NCBI GenBank assembly: GCA_963806535.1
Contig: CAWDYC010000004.1
Coordinates: 320,001 to 384,000, forward strand
DNA length: 64,000 nucleotides
Direction of reading: 5' to 3'
Source: Candidatus Bathyarchaeota archaeon
GTDB lineage: Archaea > Thermoproteota > Bathyarchaeia > Bathyarchaeales > Bathycorpusculaceae
The translations under genes and the position numbers were made by a program. Shown in pieces: positions 1-10,856 of the stretch. Each line of letters opens with the position of its first letter. The first letter of the stretch is position 1. The notes under the pieces are model-generated. The model saw nothing but the letters and a program-made list of their open reading frames with translations. It was not told the DNA's origin and searched no databases.

Positions 1-311
1 GTTCATGGTCACCGTCATTATTGCCAAACACGCCGATGAGATTGCAATTTAGCATCATTAATTTTGGGACAACAAAGCCCGCAACATAATCCCCTGCGTG
101 AAGAACCAAGTCTACCTTTTGCGAGTTTAGATATTTCACTGCTTTTTCTATTTGAGGCAGATTATCATGGGTGTCGGAGATTGCGCCTACAAGCATGTGT
201 TTTCACATGCTCTTTTTCTCGCTGCTCAAGTAAAGGCTTTCGATATTTTTTGTTGTTCAGCAAAAATTAAGAAATTAATAAATAATGTGGGGTTGTAAAA
301 AAATACATATT

Positions 312-1031
312 TTATATTTCTTTAAGCGCCGATTGGAGTTCCTCAAGGCTTTTAATCGTAATATCTGGTTTAGCATGCCCGTCTGCATTTTCTATTCGTC
401 TTTGAATGTATATTGCTTTTATTCCAGCGCTTTTGGCACCGTCAATATCTGCATCAAGAGTATCGCCCACAAAAACTGTTTCATCTGGGGACACACCCAG
501 CTTTTTTAAGGCGTTTAAGAAAATTTCTGGGCTAGGTTTACGTTTGTTAACAGCTGCGGAAACCACAACTGCATCCAACAATTCATCCAAGCCGTGAATT
601 TTAAGTAGTTTATCAATGCATTCGGGGATTGCAAAATTTGAGATTATGCCAATCTTATATTTTCCATGTAGCGTGCGCAAGATATTTTCTGTTGCTGGTT
701 CCAAGTAAACAAAAGTCATGAATTCATCACAGAATTCGACTGTCGCATCCGTCACAAGGGGACTGGAAACATCGTAGTTATAGCCTAAGCTTTTGAGTGT
801 TTCAGAAATGCGAACGTTGAAGTGAGGTTCTTCAAGATTAGCATCAACTCTAGCGTAAAGCGCATCACGTGCTTTTATGTAGTTTTTTTGGAAAGTGTCA
901 AAGGAGACTTCCATTCCTTTTTTGTTTAGGAACCGATAGGTGCGCATTAATGATGGGCTGTAGAAATCGTGGTTTTTCCTAATAATCATAAGCGTGTCGA
1001 ACATATCAAATAAAACAGCTTTGATCGGCAT
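312..1031 (-). CDS. HAD-superfamily hydrolase (subfamily IA)
   Basis: Motif I FDMFDTL, SN motif II, KPSPEIF and GDTLDADI motifs III/IV. Confidence 0.9.
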   Translation of the reverse strand: MPIKAVLFDMFDTLMIIRKNHDFYSPSLMRTYRFLNKKGMEVSFDTFQKNYIKARDALYARVDANLEEPHFNVRISETLKSLGYNYDVSSPLVTDATVEFCDEFMTFVYLEPATENILRTLHGKYKIGIISNFAIPECIDKLLKIHGLDELLDAVVVSAAVNKRKPSPEIFLNALKKLGVSPDETVFVGDTLDADIDGAKSAGIKAIYIQRRIENADGHAKPDITIKSLEELQSALKEI

Positions 1032-1083
1032 GGTTTTGTTCCAAACAGCTAAACTTGGTTAAACTTAAAATTGTTATCGCAGC

Positions 1084-2370
1084 CTAAACTTCTTTTTCCT
1101 TAACTTGCCTAAGCTTTTTTCGAAACGCATAGTATGCTGTGCCTGCTATAAGGAAGGCAACCCCGATTACCCAAGCCTGCGTTGAAGCTAAGAGGATGAA
1201 AACTAGAAGCATTATGCAGGTTGCTAAACCAAGCATTGGCAAAACCTTATGGCGAGTACAGTTTTCTTTGAGCTTGAATGCGGAAATGTTGGTAATTGAA
1301 TAATTGAAAAGAAGTGCAAAAGTGCTTATTGCAACGACCTGATTTAAATTAACAAACAATACGAGAACAGCCATCAAAGTGCCTGACCCCAAAATAGCAT
1401 AGTAGGGGGTCAGAAATTTGCCGTGCAAACGTGCCAAAGCAGAGGGCAAATCATTTCGGCGAGCCATAGAATACGCCATCCTTGAAACGCCCAAAATTGA
1501 AGTTAACAAAACGCTTGCTGTTGCCACTAAACCACCAATCGCCACAATCTGGACTGCAAGAGAGTTACCTGTCACACTCATGGCTGAACTTAAGGGCGAA
1601 GGCGAAATCGACAACGCATGCGCATTAAGCAAACCAATAGCTATCAGACCAACTAGAACATATACGATCATTGAAATCCCCAGCGACAAAAGCAGAGCTC
1701 GGGGGACGTTCCGCTTGGCATCTTTTACCTCTTCAGCAACCACTGTTACTCTTGCAAAGCCGCCGTAAGCAAAGAAGATGAAAAAAGACCCGTATAGAAC
1801 ACCGCTGGTTAGAGGGTTAAAAGGAACAAAGTTGCCTGAGTTGAAATGCAGCGAGCCGAAAATTACGAAAAACGCCAGCACTGCAAGCTTAATGCTAACT
1901 AGAACATTGTTGACTCCTGCCGATTCTTTGGCGCCAACCAAATTCAACGCTGTAAAGCCCAAACACACTGCAGCCGCCACTAAATTGGTGGGTAAACCAG
2001 GAAAAGCTGTCGCCAAGTAATAGGCAAACCCAAGAGAGACTGCTGCTCCTGTAAAAGTGTTGGCTACCAGCCACATCCAACCTGCCAAAAAACCTGAAAA
2101 AGGCGAAACAAGCTGGCGTCCATATTCATAAACGCCTCCTTCAATTGGCTGCCAAGCTGCTAGCCTTGCGAAGCTTGTTGCTGTAATTGTGGCAATTATG
2201 CCTGCGATTATCATTGATATGATGAGTGCTGAGCCGGCGTAGCCGGCGACGATGCCCGTGACAACGAAGATTCCGCCGCCTATGATTGCGCCAACGTTGA
2301 TGGCTACTGCGCTCCACAAACCTATTGAACGCTTAAGCTTTCTATGCTCCTGCTTTTCCAATCCAATCAC
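1084..2370 (-). CDS. APC-family amino acid permease
   Basis: About 12 hydrophobic segments; IIGGGIF TM1 motif, EGGVYEY, FAYGGF...AEEVKDAKRNVPRA. Confidence 0.9.
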   Translation of the reverse strand: MIGLEKQEHRKLKRSIGLWSAVAINVGAIIGGGIFVVTGIVAGYAGSALIISMIIAGIIATITATSFARLAAWQPIEGGVYEYGRQLVSPFSGFLAGWMWLVANTFTGAAVSLGFAYYLATAFPGLPTNLVAAAVCLGFTALNLVGAKESAGVNNVLVSIKLAVLAFFVIFGSLHFNSGNFVPFNPLTSGVLYGSFFIFFAYGGFARVTVVAEEVKDAKRNVPRALLLSLGISMIVYVLVGLIAIGLLNAHALSISPSPLSSAMSVTGNSLAVQIVAIGGLVATASVLLTSILGVSRMAYSMARRNDLPSALARLHGKFLTPYYAILGSGTLMAVLVLFVNLNQVVAISTFALLFNYSITNISAFKLKENCTRHKVLPMLGLATCIMLLVFILLASTQAWVIGVAFLIAGTAYYAFRKKLRQVKEKEV

Positions 2371-2425
2371 AATTAATCGAAAGATTCAAACAATTCATTA
2401 TTAAAGTCTTACAAGCCTTAAGCTC

Positions 2426-5311
2426 TTATTTGTCCCAGAATTCTCTTGTACGCAAATACTGAATCTTCGCTTTAAGCAAATCCATATAGAATTGTTCTTC
2501 GTCAGGATGCATTCTCCCAAGAATCCTCGAAGCTGTTTCGGGACCAACCCCTTTCACCTGCAACGCTTTAACCGCCTGTTTCCCATAGCTAAGAATCAAA
2601 TCGGCTTTCCGTCTGGCAGTACTCAGATCTTTGAGTTCTTCGGGAGTAAGTTCTTTGCCTTCACGGCGCTTCTTCAAATCTCCCTTCAACTTCTCTATGT
2701 CTTGGCTGAAATAAAGCAGGGTAAGCAAGCGTGAGTTGCAGATTTCGCATTGTGGCTCTTCAGGTAAATCTTTTACTCGCATTTGAGTTGTCCATGTTCC
2801 GCAGTTCATGCAGAGCAATTTGGCGCTTCTGGCTTCAATTGAGTGTTTCATTCTGTCAATGTTGCTTAAAATTACACTTTGAGGAGCCATCAACTCGGCG
2901 GTGTCCGCATACTGCATTAGAATGTGGTATGCCAGTGGCGATGGCGTTTCATGGGAAAGCGCAGTTACGGTGATTTTGCCTTTTCTTATTTCGTGCATTA
3001 TTTGTTTGGTTTTTTGCAGGTCTACTTTATCCATCATGGCTTCCCGAAGCGTCTCATCGTAAATTGGTGTGTCCTTAAAGGCGCCTTGGAGCTTTTCTGC
3101 CCGATCAGAATGAGCTAATGTTTTGCCTCTTGGCAGAGCGCCAAATCTCTCGGCAATAGCTTTCATTCGGCTTACAAATGGAAATTTGGAGTTCACATAT
3201 TTCAAAAATGTTTCATCTACACGCTCGTCAGTTAAGTCGAAGAGTTCTTTGGGTAAACCTTCAATTTCCATTCTGGAGAGTTTATGACTTGTTTCTATCA
3301 GAATGCGGTAGCCGTCTGTCCACCATCCCGTTATGGCTTCTCTTTCAGAGAGAACTGAATCAAAAATCCCGCCGAGTGTACGGTTAACAATTTCGCCAAA
3401 ACACGCGTGAACAACAATGTATCGGTCTAATACTTCTATGACTATTCGGTTTTGAGTGGGCAAGGGAGCTCCCGTTTTCAGGTAATCGCTAATTTCTAAT
3501 GCTGCATCCAGAAGTGTCGCCTTGTCAGTTTTCAATTCAGCGCCTAATTCTTGGGCTGCAACCTCAGGTTTTTTGCCCTCTTTGAGCAATGTGCCCAATT
3601 TCTCACGCATTTCCCCTGTCTGCTGAGCCAAATCAAATGGTACTGGCAGGATTTCTCCATCCCAACCAGGAATCGCAGCAGATGGGTCTTCAGCTGGCAC
3701 AACATGGACGGTTCCTGTTTCATCGTTGATTTGGACCATGCGCCAAACTTTGCCCCGCATAATAAAATGCAAACCAACTCGTGCATGCAGGGTCATGAAT
3801 TCATCGCCAAGCGTGCCTATTTTTCTGTCAGTAAGTATGTTAACTACTGGGTAGCGTTTTTCGTCGGGAATCATTGATAGGTTGCTGTAGTAGTATTCGC
3901 GGGTTCTTCCTGTTTTCTTCAAAACTTTTCCTTCTTCCTCAAGTCTAAGTTTACGCAGACTCTCTAAAAACTGTACCACATCTTGAAGCTTCTCTTCAGT
4001 GAGTGTGCTATACGGGTAGGCGCGATTAACAATTTTTAAGAGTTCAGTTTGGCTTATAGTCTCTTTGTCCATGAGAATGCCTGCAATTTGGTGAGCCAAA
4101 ACATCCAATGCATTTTTGTGGAATAATACGGGTTCAAGCCTGTTATGTTTCGCATTTTGCACAGCCGCCATTGACTCTAAAGTGTCATCAGGAAAAGCAG
4201 TTATGATTACTCCGTCCGAGAGTCGTTCAAGGCTATGCCCGCTTCTGCCAACCCGCTGGATTAAGCTGCTGACTTGTCGCGGCGACATGTATTGAATAAC
4301 CAAATCCACGTTGCCGATATCTATGCCGAGCTCAAGAGTGCTTGTGCAGATGATTGCTTTTATTGTTCCAGCTTTAAATGCATCTTCTACCCTGGTCCGT
4401 TCTTCTTTTGAAAGCGAGCCATGATGTACAGCTATGTCTGTGCGGTTGAGTTGGTCAAATCGGTGTCCAAGCAATTCGGCTATAGTTCGACTATTAACAA
4501 AAACCAAAGACGACCTATGAGTGTCGATTAGTTCGGTTAACCTTCGAATCCTAGCTGATGCTTCCGGGGAAGTTTCCAATTTTGCCGCCAATTCGTAGTC
4601 CTTTTCTGTCGGCGTCAGATATTCGACACGATAACGATAGTTTTTAGCCAAAACCGCCTGCACAATGCTGATTTCCCTTCCCGTTCCTGCAATAAATTTC
4701 GCAACTTCATCTGGATTGCCAACTGTAGCGGATAAACCGATTCTTTGGAACTCTTTGCCAGTGACTTCTAAAACTCGTTCAAGCGCTATTGAAAGTTGAG
4801 CACCACGTTTACTCTCCGCCAAATCATGCACCTCATCAATAATTACACATTGCACGTTGCTGAGGTGTCGACGCATTTGTGAACCAGGTAAAATCGCTTG
4901 CAACGTTTCGGGCGTTGTAACAAGCATTTGAGGTGGCTTTAGCGCCTGTTTCCTACGGATTTTCATTTCCGTGTCACCATGCCTCACTTCCACAGTAATA
5001 TCTAACTGGTTGGCCCAAAACGTTAACCGTTTAAACATGTCACGGTTCAACGCACGCAGAGGCGTGATGTAAATCACTTGAATGCCCGCTTGCTCCTCAT
5101 TTTTCGATTCAACCAACTTAGAGAAAACCGGTAACAGGACAGCTTCGGTTTTTCCTGTCCCCGTTGGGGCAATCAACAATACGTTCTTGCCTTCCAGAAC
5201 TAGCGGAAAAGCTAAAGTCTGCGGTAAGGTGGGCTCAGAGAACCCAAGCTCAGCTAAAGCTTTGCGGACAGTTTTAGCGAGTAACTCGAAAACAGAGCTT
5301 TTAACTTGCAT
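2426..5311 (-). CDS. lhr: Lhr-family SF2 ATP-dependent helicase with C-terminal Zn-finger/HhH extension
   Basis: APTGTGKT, PLRALNRD, TTPETL, DEVH, SAT, HHGSLS, TSTLELGIDIG, QRVGRSGH; C-terminal CxxC...CxxC and VKGVGPETA. Confidence 0.9.
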   Translation of the reverse strand: MQVKSSVFELLAKTVRKALAELGFSEPTLPQTLAFPLVLEGKNVLLIAPTGTGKTEAVLLPVFSKLVESKNEEQAGIQVIYITPLRALNRDMFKRLTFWANQLDITVEVRHGDTEMKIRRKQALKPPQMLVTTPETLQAILPGSQMRRHLSNVQCVIIDEVHDLAESKRGAQLSIALERVLEVTGKEFQRIGLSATVGNPDEVAKFIAGTGREISIVQAVLAKNYRYRVEYLTPTEKDYELAAKLETSPEASARIRRLTELIDTHRSSLVFVNSRTIAELLGHRFDQLNRTDIAVHHGSLSKEERTRVEDAFKAGTIKAIICTSTLELGIDIGNVDLVIQYMSPRQVSSLIQRVGRSGHSLERLSDGVIITAFPDDTLESMAAVQNAKHNRLEPVLFHKNALDVLAHQIAGILMDKETISQTELLKIVNRAYPYSTLTEEKLQDVVQFLESLRKLRLEEEGKVLKKTGRTREYYYSNLSMIPDEKRYPVVNILTDRKIGTLGDEFMTLHARVGLHFIMRGKVWRMVQINDETGTVHVVPAEDPSAAIPGWDGEILPVPFDLAQQTGEMREKLGTLLKEGKKPEVAAQELGAELKTDKATLLDAALEISDYLKTGAPLPTQNRIVIEVLDRYIVVHACFGEIVNRTLGGIFDSVLSEREAITGWWTDGYRILIETSHKLSRMEIEGLPKELFDLTDERVDETFLKYVNSKFPFVSRMKAIAERFGALPRGKTLAHSDRAEKLQGAFKDTPIYDETLREAMMDKVDLQKTKQIMHEIRKGKITVTALSHETPSPLAYHILMQYADTAELMAPQSVILSNIDRMKHSIEARSAKLLCMNCGTWTTQMRVKDLPEEPQCEICNSRLLTLLYFSQDIEKLKGDLKKRREGKELTPEELKDLSTARRKADLILSYGKQAVKALQVKGVGPETASRILGRMHPDEEQFYMDLLKAKIQYLRTREFWDK

Positions 5312-5617
5312 TTTCTTGATTTAACTTACCGCAGAAACAATGTTTTAACTCTTTAGCTAATACAACTCCTATTTTGCCCTGATTAAACATATTTTTGAAA
5401 AAACCAAATGAATATCTTCTAAACTAGATCTTTGATTAGAGAAAATTGCCCTCAAAAGAATTTGAAAAAAGCCCGGGAATGCCACTAATGCACTAAATAC
5501 CATGCTGCCAGGGGTCAACCATCATATTTTACGAAGCGTAAGTGTTCGCATTCTTTTGGGTTAAATCTATAATTGTCGATGCTATAATGTTTCATACCGC
5601 CAATTAGGGTGTAGAAT

Positions 5618-8194
5618 GTGACGTCCTCTGATGCAGCGTCTGTAGTGTTTGTTGACAGGGAAACCGAATTTGACACCATTAACAAGCTACTGGCGACTGG
5701 AGATGTTCTCGTTTTAGGTGAAGCAGGAATAGGAAAAACATCTCTAATCAATAAAGTCGTTGGTAAAATAAAGGAAAAAGATTCCAAAGATACTATTCTA
5801 TTTCGTATAAATGTAACATCCGCCCCTTATGGCGGTTGGTTATCTCAAAGAATCGCTTTGATGGCATATGACCAAATAAAATCTGATGAGAAGAAATTTT
5901 CTAAAATTAAGAATTGGCTGGTAAAATATTATCCAGATTTGCTTAACTTTATTCAGGTTATCTTAAGCATGGAAGGAAAACTAACTGGTCAGCAAATTAT
6001 TACTACAAATGCGCTATGTTTAAACTCACAAGTAGATAGAACAAATTTGCCAAATAATTTGAACAAAGCAATTTCCTCTTTGCTTGAACAATACACGAAA
6101 GAATTTGGTAAAAATGTCTATGTTATCGTTGAGGATACGCATGAATTGTCGATGGAAGATAAGAAATTTTTAGCTGAGTTACTCTCAAACCATTCATCAG
6201 AAATTCATATCATATTGTCCAGACGAAGTCAGGACGAGAGTCAATCGCTTTACTCGTCACCTGAAATAAATTATTTTATGAGAGCTGAAAGGATTGTTTA
6301 CATCAATGGATTGGATAGAACTGCCGTAAGTACATTATTTACACAATTGGGCTTAAATTTTGATTTCAAAACTGTTGACAAAATTATGGCTTTCTCAAAG
6401 GGAAATCCTTACATACTTAAACTTTTAGCAAGATTAACTGAAGAAGACGAAAGTAAAATTAATAGTAAAATCCTTTCAAATCCCGATCACAGAGTTTTTA
6501 ATATTTGGAATTACGTTCATTCTCAATTTTTCGAAAAATTTATCGAGTTTGGACCTATTTTAAAGGCTTCTTCGATTCTACCCTCAGACATTCATGCTGA
6601 GTTAATAGGGAAATTACTAAATAGAAAAGACTTTCAGTTCATTCAAAATCAATTGCAGGAATTGGAGAGAAGAGGAATTTTATATAAAGACGAAGAAATG
6701 GGTTTTCACTTCTTCCATCCTTTATTTGCAATGTATCTCTACGGACAATTGGCTATCAACTATAGGAAAAACATGCATAGGATTGTTGGTTTATATTACA
6801 AAGCTTTAGCTAAAGAATCGCCTAAGCCGTTATATTTGGTGGCTACTCAATATCATGCCGAAAAAGCTGGAGACAAAGAATTAGAATTTTGGGTATTGCA
6901 GTATTTTGCAGAAATTTTTTACTATGTAGGAAAAATAATAGAAAGCAAAGAGCACTCTAACAAAGCATTAAACGTAGCTTTGGATTTAAAGGACAGCAGG
7001 AAAGAGTTTCATTGCCTAATTTTACAATTTGGTTTATCAACAAAAACAAAAATAGAAAATCTTGATCAAAAACTATTGCGTTTAAGGTATCTGGCTACAA
7101 AAGTAAAATTGAATGAAAGGGACAAAATTAACGCTCTTTGGGCTGAAGCGAATTATTTTGCAGGTTTGGGCGATCCTGCAAAAGCGATTAATCCAATTAA
7201 GAAATGTCGTAAAATGGTAAAAAGACTCGGTGATGATCAAAATTATTTTCTATTGGTTCAATATGAAGCTTCGTTGTTATTGGATCTTAGAGAAAAAGAA
7301 AAAGCGAGGAAGCTTCTCATCAAATGCCTTGCTGAATTTAAGAAATTAGGTGATGAGAAAGGCATAATGTATGTTCTGGGGGAAATGGGTAATTTGGAAG
7401 GAATGTCAAATGGCGAAAAAGCTCTAGAATACTTTGGAAAATGCCTAGAGATTGCTCGTAAAAGGCAAGACCTCTCTTCGATTGCTAATTCATTGCATGG
7501 AGTTGGCGTCGCAAACTTGGAACTTGGAAAACATAATCAAGCGCTGAAAGACTTCAACGAATGCATAGAAATCACTGAAAAACTTGGCGATATCAAAGGG
7601 TTAATGCAAACTTACTTAGAGCTCGCTCGTCTTTTGATCCTAAAGCAAGAATTCAAGAAAGCCAAATCTCTTATTGAAAAAGCCCGTGCTATCGCAAAAG
7701 ACTCTGAACATCTGGAAGGCAATGCTTGGACAGAACTCGTAACAGGAGAATTTTTTAACGCAAAAGGCCAGCTATACGAAGCTAGACAATGGTTTTTGGA
7801 TGCAGGCAATCGCTTCAATCAGCTTGGTATTGGTGACAGCGCAAAATATGCACTCAATCGTGCAAATGAAATACTGCCTTTACACGTAGAGGAACAAATT
7901 CGAAAATTTACACAAATTGGAACAGATGGATTGACCGAATGTGAAAGAAGAATCAATCCCTTTGTTGGAAAAACGGTTAGAGTGGTAACCAATGAAGGTA
8001 TTTGGGTAAACAAGTCATTAACCCAAATGCATAGAACTTATCTTGGCGTTGTAAGGAAAAAAAAGTATTTGGGAAAAATAACACAAATAGATCGACTACT
8101 TGGGATTGGAGAAAATGAATGGTGGATAGAAGGTTGTGTTATTGACGAATGTGAGTTACCGATTTCCAATTATTTGATTCTGCCATATACTTAG
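5618..8194 (+). CDS. STAND-like P-loop NTPase - wHTH - TPR protein with a small C-terminal domain
   Basis: FVDRETE, Walker A GEAGIGKT, Walker B VIVED, GNP motif (SKGNPYIL), FHFFHPLF wHTH signature, multiple TPR-like repeats; visibly AT-richer than its flanks. Confidence 0.8.
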   Translation: MTSSDAASVVFVDRETEFDTINKLLATGDVLVLGEAGIGKTSLINKVVGKIKEKDSKDTILFRINVTSAPYGGWLSQRIALMAYDQIKSDEKKFSKIKNWLVKYYPDLLNFIQVILSMEGKLTGQQIITTNALCLNSQVDRTNLPNNLNKAISSLLEQYTKEFGKNVYVIVEDTHELSMEDKKFLAELLSNHSSEIHIILSRRSQDESQSLYSSPEINYFMRAERIVYINGLDRTAVSTLFTQLGLNFDFKTVDKIMAFSKGNPYILKLLARLTEEDESKINSKILSNPDHRVFNIWNYVHSQFFEKFIEFGPILKASSILPSDIHAELIGKLLNRKDFQFIQNQLQELERRGILYKDEEMGFHFFHPLFAMYLYGQLAINYRKNMHRIVGLYYKALAKESPKPLYLVATQYHAEKAGDKELEFWVLQYFAEIFYYVGKIIESKEHSNKALNVALDLKDSRKEFHCLILQFGLSTKTKIENLDQKLLRLRYLATKVKLNERDKINALWAEANYFAGLGDPAKAINPIKKCRKMVKRLGDDQNYFLLVQYEASLLLDLREKEKARKLLIKCLAEFKKLGDEKGIMYVLGEMGNLEGMSNGEKALEYFGKCLEIARKRQDLSSIANSLHGVGVANLELGKHNQALKDFNECIEITEKLGDIKGLMQTYLELARLLILKQEFKKAKSLIEKARAIAKDSEHLEGNAWTELVTGEFFNAKGQLYEARQWFLDAGNRFNQLGIGDSAKYALNRANEILPLHVEEQIRKFTQIGTDGLTECERRINPFVGKTVRVVTNEGIWVNKSLTQMHRTYLGVVRKKKYLGKITQIDRLLGIGENEWWIEGCVIDECELPISNYLILPYT

Positions 8195-8307
8195 TTGAAT
8201 CTATTTCTGAACTTTAAAACAAATATGCTTCTCTACTTTTTACTAGTGATAATGGTTTTTATTTAGGTTTAGCAAATCTATAGGTCACGCATAAGAGGTA
8301 CTTTTGG

Positions 8308-9483
8308 TTGAATGGAAAACCGCTCGTTAGCATAATCAGCGCTGGTATGTCCAAATTCGGCAAACATGATGGTTTACTTGCAAGAGAAATCTTTTCCGAA
8401 GCGGCACTTGAAGCCTTCGGCCGTTGCCCCAAACTTGACCCGAAAGGTGATATCAAAGCTCTATTCATCGGTCATATGGGTGAAGCCTACGAGCATCAAG
8501 GGCACATGGGTGCAGCCGCAGCTGACTGGGCAGGACTAACAGGTATCCCAGCTACTCGAACAGAATCTGCTTGTGCTTCTTCAGGTACAGCTTTGAGAGC
8601 GGGAATTTACGCCACAATGTCAGGACTGGCCGACGTGGTTATGGTTGGCGGTGTTGAAAAGATGACGCATCGCACAACTGTTGAGGTCACAGAGTATTTG
8701 GCTATGGCTTCAGATTACCCTTTCGAACAATTTCACGGAATAACGTTTCCAGCATTATTTGCGATGATGGCAACTGCCCACATGCACGACTTTGGCACAA
8801 CGGAGAAGCAAATGGCTTCAGTTGCAGTTAAAAACCATTATCATGGAAGCCTTAACCCCAAAGCTCACATGCAAAAAGAAATTACCCTCGAAGCTGCTTT
8901 AGCTTCACGCTATGTGGCTTGGCCATTAAAACTGTTTGACTGTTCCTTGATAACTGACGGCGCAAGTTGCATAATTCTTACAAAACCTGAATTGGCAAGC
9001 AAATACACGGACATGCCAGTTAATATTATTGGCAGTGGGCAAGCCAGCGATAGTATAGGATTATACGAACGCAAAAGCCTCACCTCATTAAATGCCACCA
9101 AGCTCGCTGCCAAGACAGCTTATGAAATGGCAAATGCTAAGCCAAGCGATATTGACCTAGCTGAGGTTCATGATTGTTTCACGTTCGCTGAACTCATGGC
9201 CTACGAAGATTTAGAATTCTGTCCCGTTGGCGAGGGCGGTAAACTGATTGAAAGCCGCGAAACTTACCTTGGCGGGCGCATTCCAGTTAATACAAGCGGT
9301 GGATTAAAGGCAAAAGGACACCCAGTCGGTGCTACAGGAACCGCTCAAGCTTACGAAATATATCTACAGCTTACTGATCAAGCTGGGAAACGCCAAGTAA
9401 AAGATGCAAAAATAGGCTTAACTCATAATGTTGGTGGGTCAGGAGCTACCTCCGCAGTTCATATCTATAGGAGGGAACGATAA
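8308..9483 (+). CDS. Archaeal thiolase (acetyl-CoA acetyltransferase family)
   Basis: ESACASS catalytic Cys, EVHDCF, NTSGGLKAKGHPVGATG, HNVGG. Confidence 0.92.
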   Translation: MNGKPLVSIISAGMSKFGKHDGLLAREIFSEAALEAFGRCPKLDPKGDIKALFIGHMGEAYEHQGHMGAAAADWAGLTGIPATRTESACASSGTALRAGIYATMSGLADVVMVGGVEKMTHRTTVEVTEYLAMASDYPFEQFHGITFPALFAMMATAHMHDFGTTEKQMASVAVKNHYHGSLNPKAHMQKEITLEAALASRYVAWPLKLFDCSLITDGASCIILTKPELASKYTDMPVNIIGSGQASDSIGLYERKSLTSLNATKLAAKTAYEMANAKPSDIDLAEVHDCFTFAELMAYEDLEFCPVGEGGKLIESRETYLGGRIPVNTSGGLKAKGHPVGATGTAQAYEIYLQLTDQAGKRQVKDAKIGLTHNVGGSGATSAVHIYRRER

Positions 9484-9878
9484 TGAGCCAGCACCCGTTC
9501 ACAATCGAGCAATTCTACAAGTTTCTAAAAGAGCAAAAGCTGATGGCAGCCCAATGCCTTCAATGCGGAAAAATCCATATGCCCCCAAGACCCATGTGCG
9601 ATAACTGCTTCTCAAAAGACTTTGAATGGGTCCACGTTTCTGGAAACGGCAAACTGCTTACCTTCACTGTCATTAGTGTGGCGCCTCAACAATTCCAAGC
9701 TTTGATACCGTATGCTGTTGGCATTGTCCAACTGGAGAACGGCTTGAAAATTCCAGGTATGATTCAGTGTTTAACGCAGGAACAACTGAAAATAGGCATG
9801 GAGTTAACGTTGGATTTTGGCACTTGCAGCACAACGCAAGCGTGGCCGCAGTGGCAGAGGTACTGCTTTAAACCTTAA
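9483..9878 (+). CDS. DUF35 Zn-ribbon/OB-fold protein (thiolase partner)
   Basis: CLQCG...PPRPMCDNC rubredoxin-like ribbon followed by an OB fold; translationally coupled to the thiolase. Confidence 0.9.
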   Translation: MSQHPFTIEQFYKFLKEQKLMAAQCLQCGKIHMPPRPMCDNCFSKDFEWVHVSGNGKLLTFTVISVAPQQFQALIPYAVGIVQLENGLKIPGMIQCLTQEQLKIGMELTLDFGTCSTTQAWPQWQRYCFKP

Positions 9879-10134
9879 CTAACCTAAAAAGTATCAACTC
9901 CGTTTTGCTTGAAGTGTTTAAAAAATAGGTGAGTCTCCCACTAACGATTGAAAAATAACCTCTTTTAGGAAGAGAGGGGGAATACATTCCAACCGCTTCG
10001 CAGGTACTCCTCACCTACCAATTCAGTGCTCACTCGCTTCGTATATAAGGTTTATTCAATTTTTTTACTTATAGAATAAAGAAAAGCTTTATTGCAAATG
10101 GAAAACAATGCTTCAATTTGAAGCTGAATAAACA

Positions 10135-10746
10135 ATGGATAAGAATGCCAAAGTTTGCCTTGTTTCCTGTAGCGTTCTAAGAGAAGAACTCGAACAGTTA
10201 GTCAAACAGGGTAGCCTCGATGTGGACCTTATTTTTGTCAGTAAATACTTTCACGTCGACTATGAAACAGTGGAAAAAAACCTGCGCCGTGTTTTAGAAC
10301 ATGCGCTGAAAAGTTCTAATCGCAAAGTTGTATTGGTTTACGGTGACCTCTGTCTTGGACCAAACGGCGAAATGAAAAAGATAGCCGAAGAATACGGAAT
10401 AGTCAAGGTTGATGCGGTTAACTGTGTAGACTGCCAACTTGGAGGCAAAGGAAAATCCTTAGATGCCGACCCTGAACACAACTTAATGTTTATGGGTCCA
10501 GGCATGGTAGAATTCTTCAAACATATGAAAGGCGAACTTCTTAAGCAAGGCATGGATGAGGCGGCTTTTGTTGGCATGTTTAGCGGTATCAAAGGTTTCG
10601 TGTTATTGGACACTTGCGGTACCGCTGAAGAAATGAAAAAAGAACTAGAAGAAGCGGGACTTGGAGTGCCCATAATTGAAACGAGGCAAGTTGGGCTTGA
10701 GAATGTTAGGCGAGTGGTTTTTGATGCAATTTCAACGTGCAAGTAG
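10135..10746 (+). CDS. DUF1638-like protein
   Basis: VSCSVLREE, YFH, LVYGDLC, DAVNCVDC pattern typical of DUF1638 (recognised from memory). Confidence 0.7.
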   Translation: MDKNAKVCLVSCSVLREELEQLVKQGSLDVDLIFVSKYFHVDYETVEKNLRRVLEHALKSSNRKVVLVYGDLCLGPNGEMKKIAEEYGIVKVDAVNCVDCQLGGKGKSLDADPEHNLMFMGPGMVEFFKHMKGELLKQGMDEAAFVGMFSGIKGFVLLDTCGTAEEMKKELEEAGLGVPIIETRQVGLENVRRVVFDAISTCK

Positions 10747-10856
10747 AGCCAAGTGACTCTTTTACGGCTTAAAAGTTAAGAAATTGATTGCTTGCAGCAT
10801 CATGGAGTTACCGCAAATATTAAAGAAGCATCAGCCTATAATGCAGACTATTACAT

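Noticed and set aside
8308-9878. Thiolase/DUF35 pair as a novel system
   Set aside because: This is a well-known archaeal gene pair.
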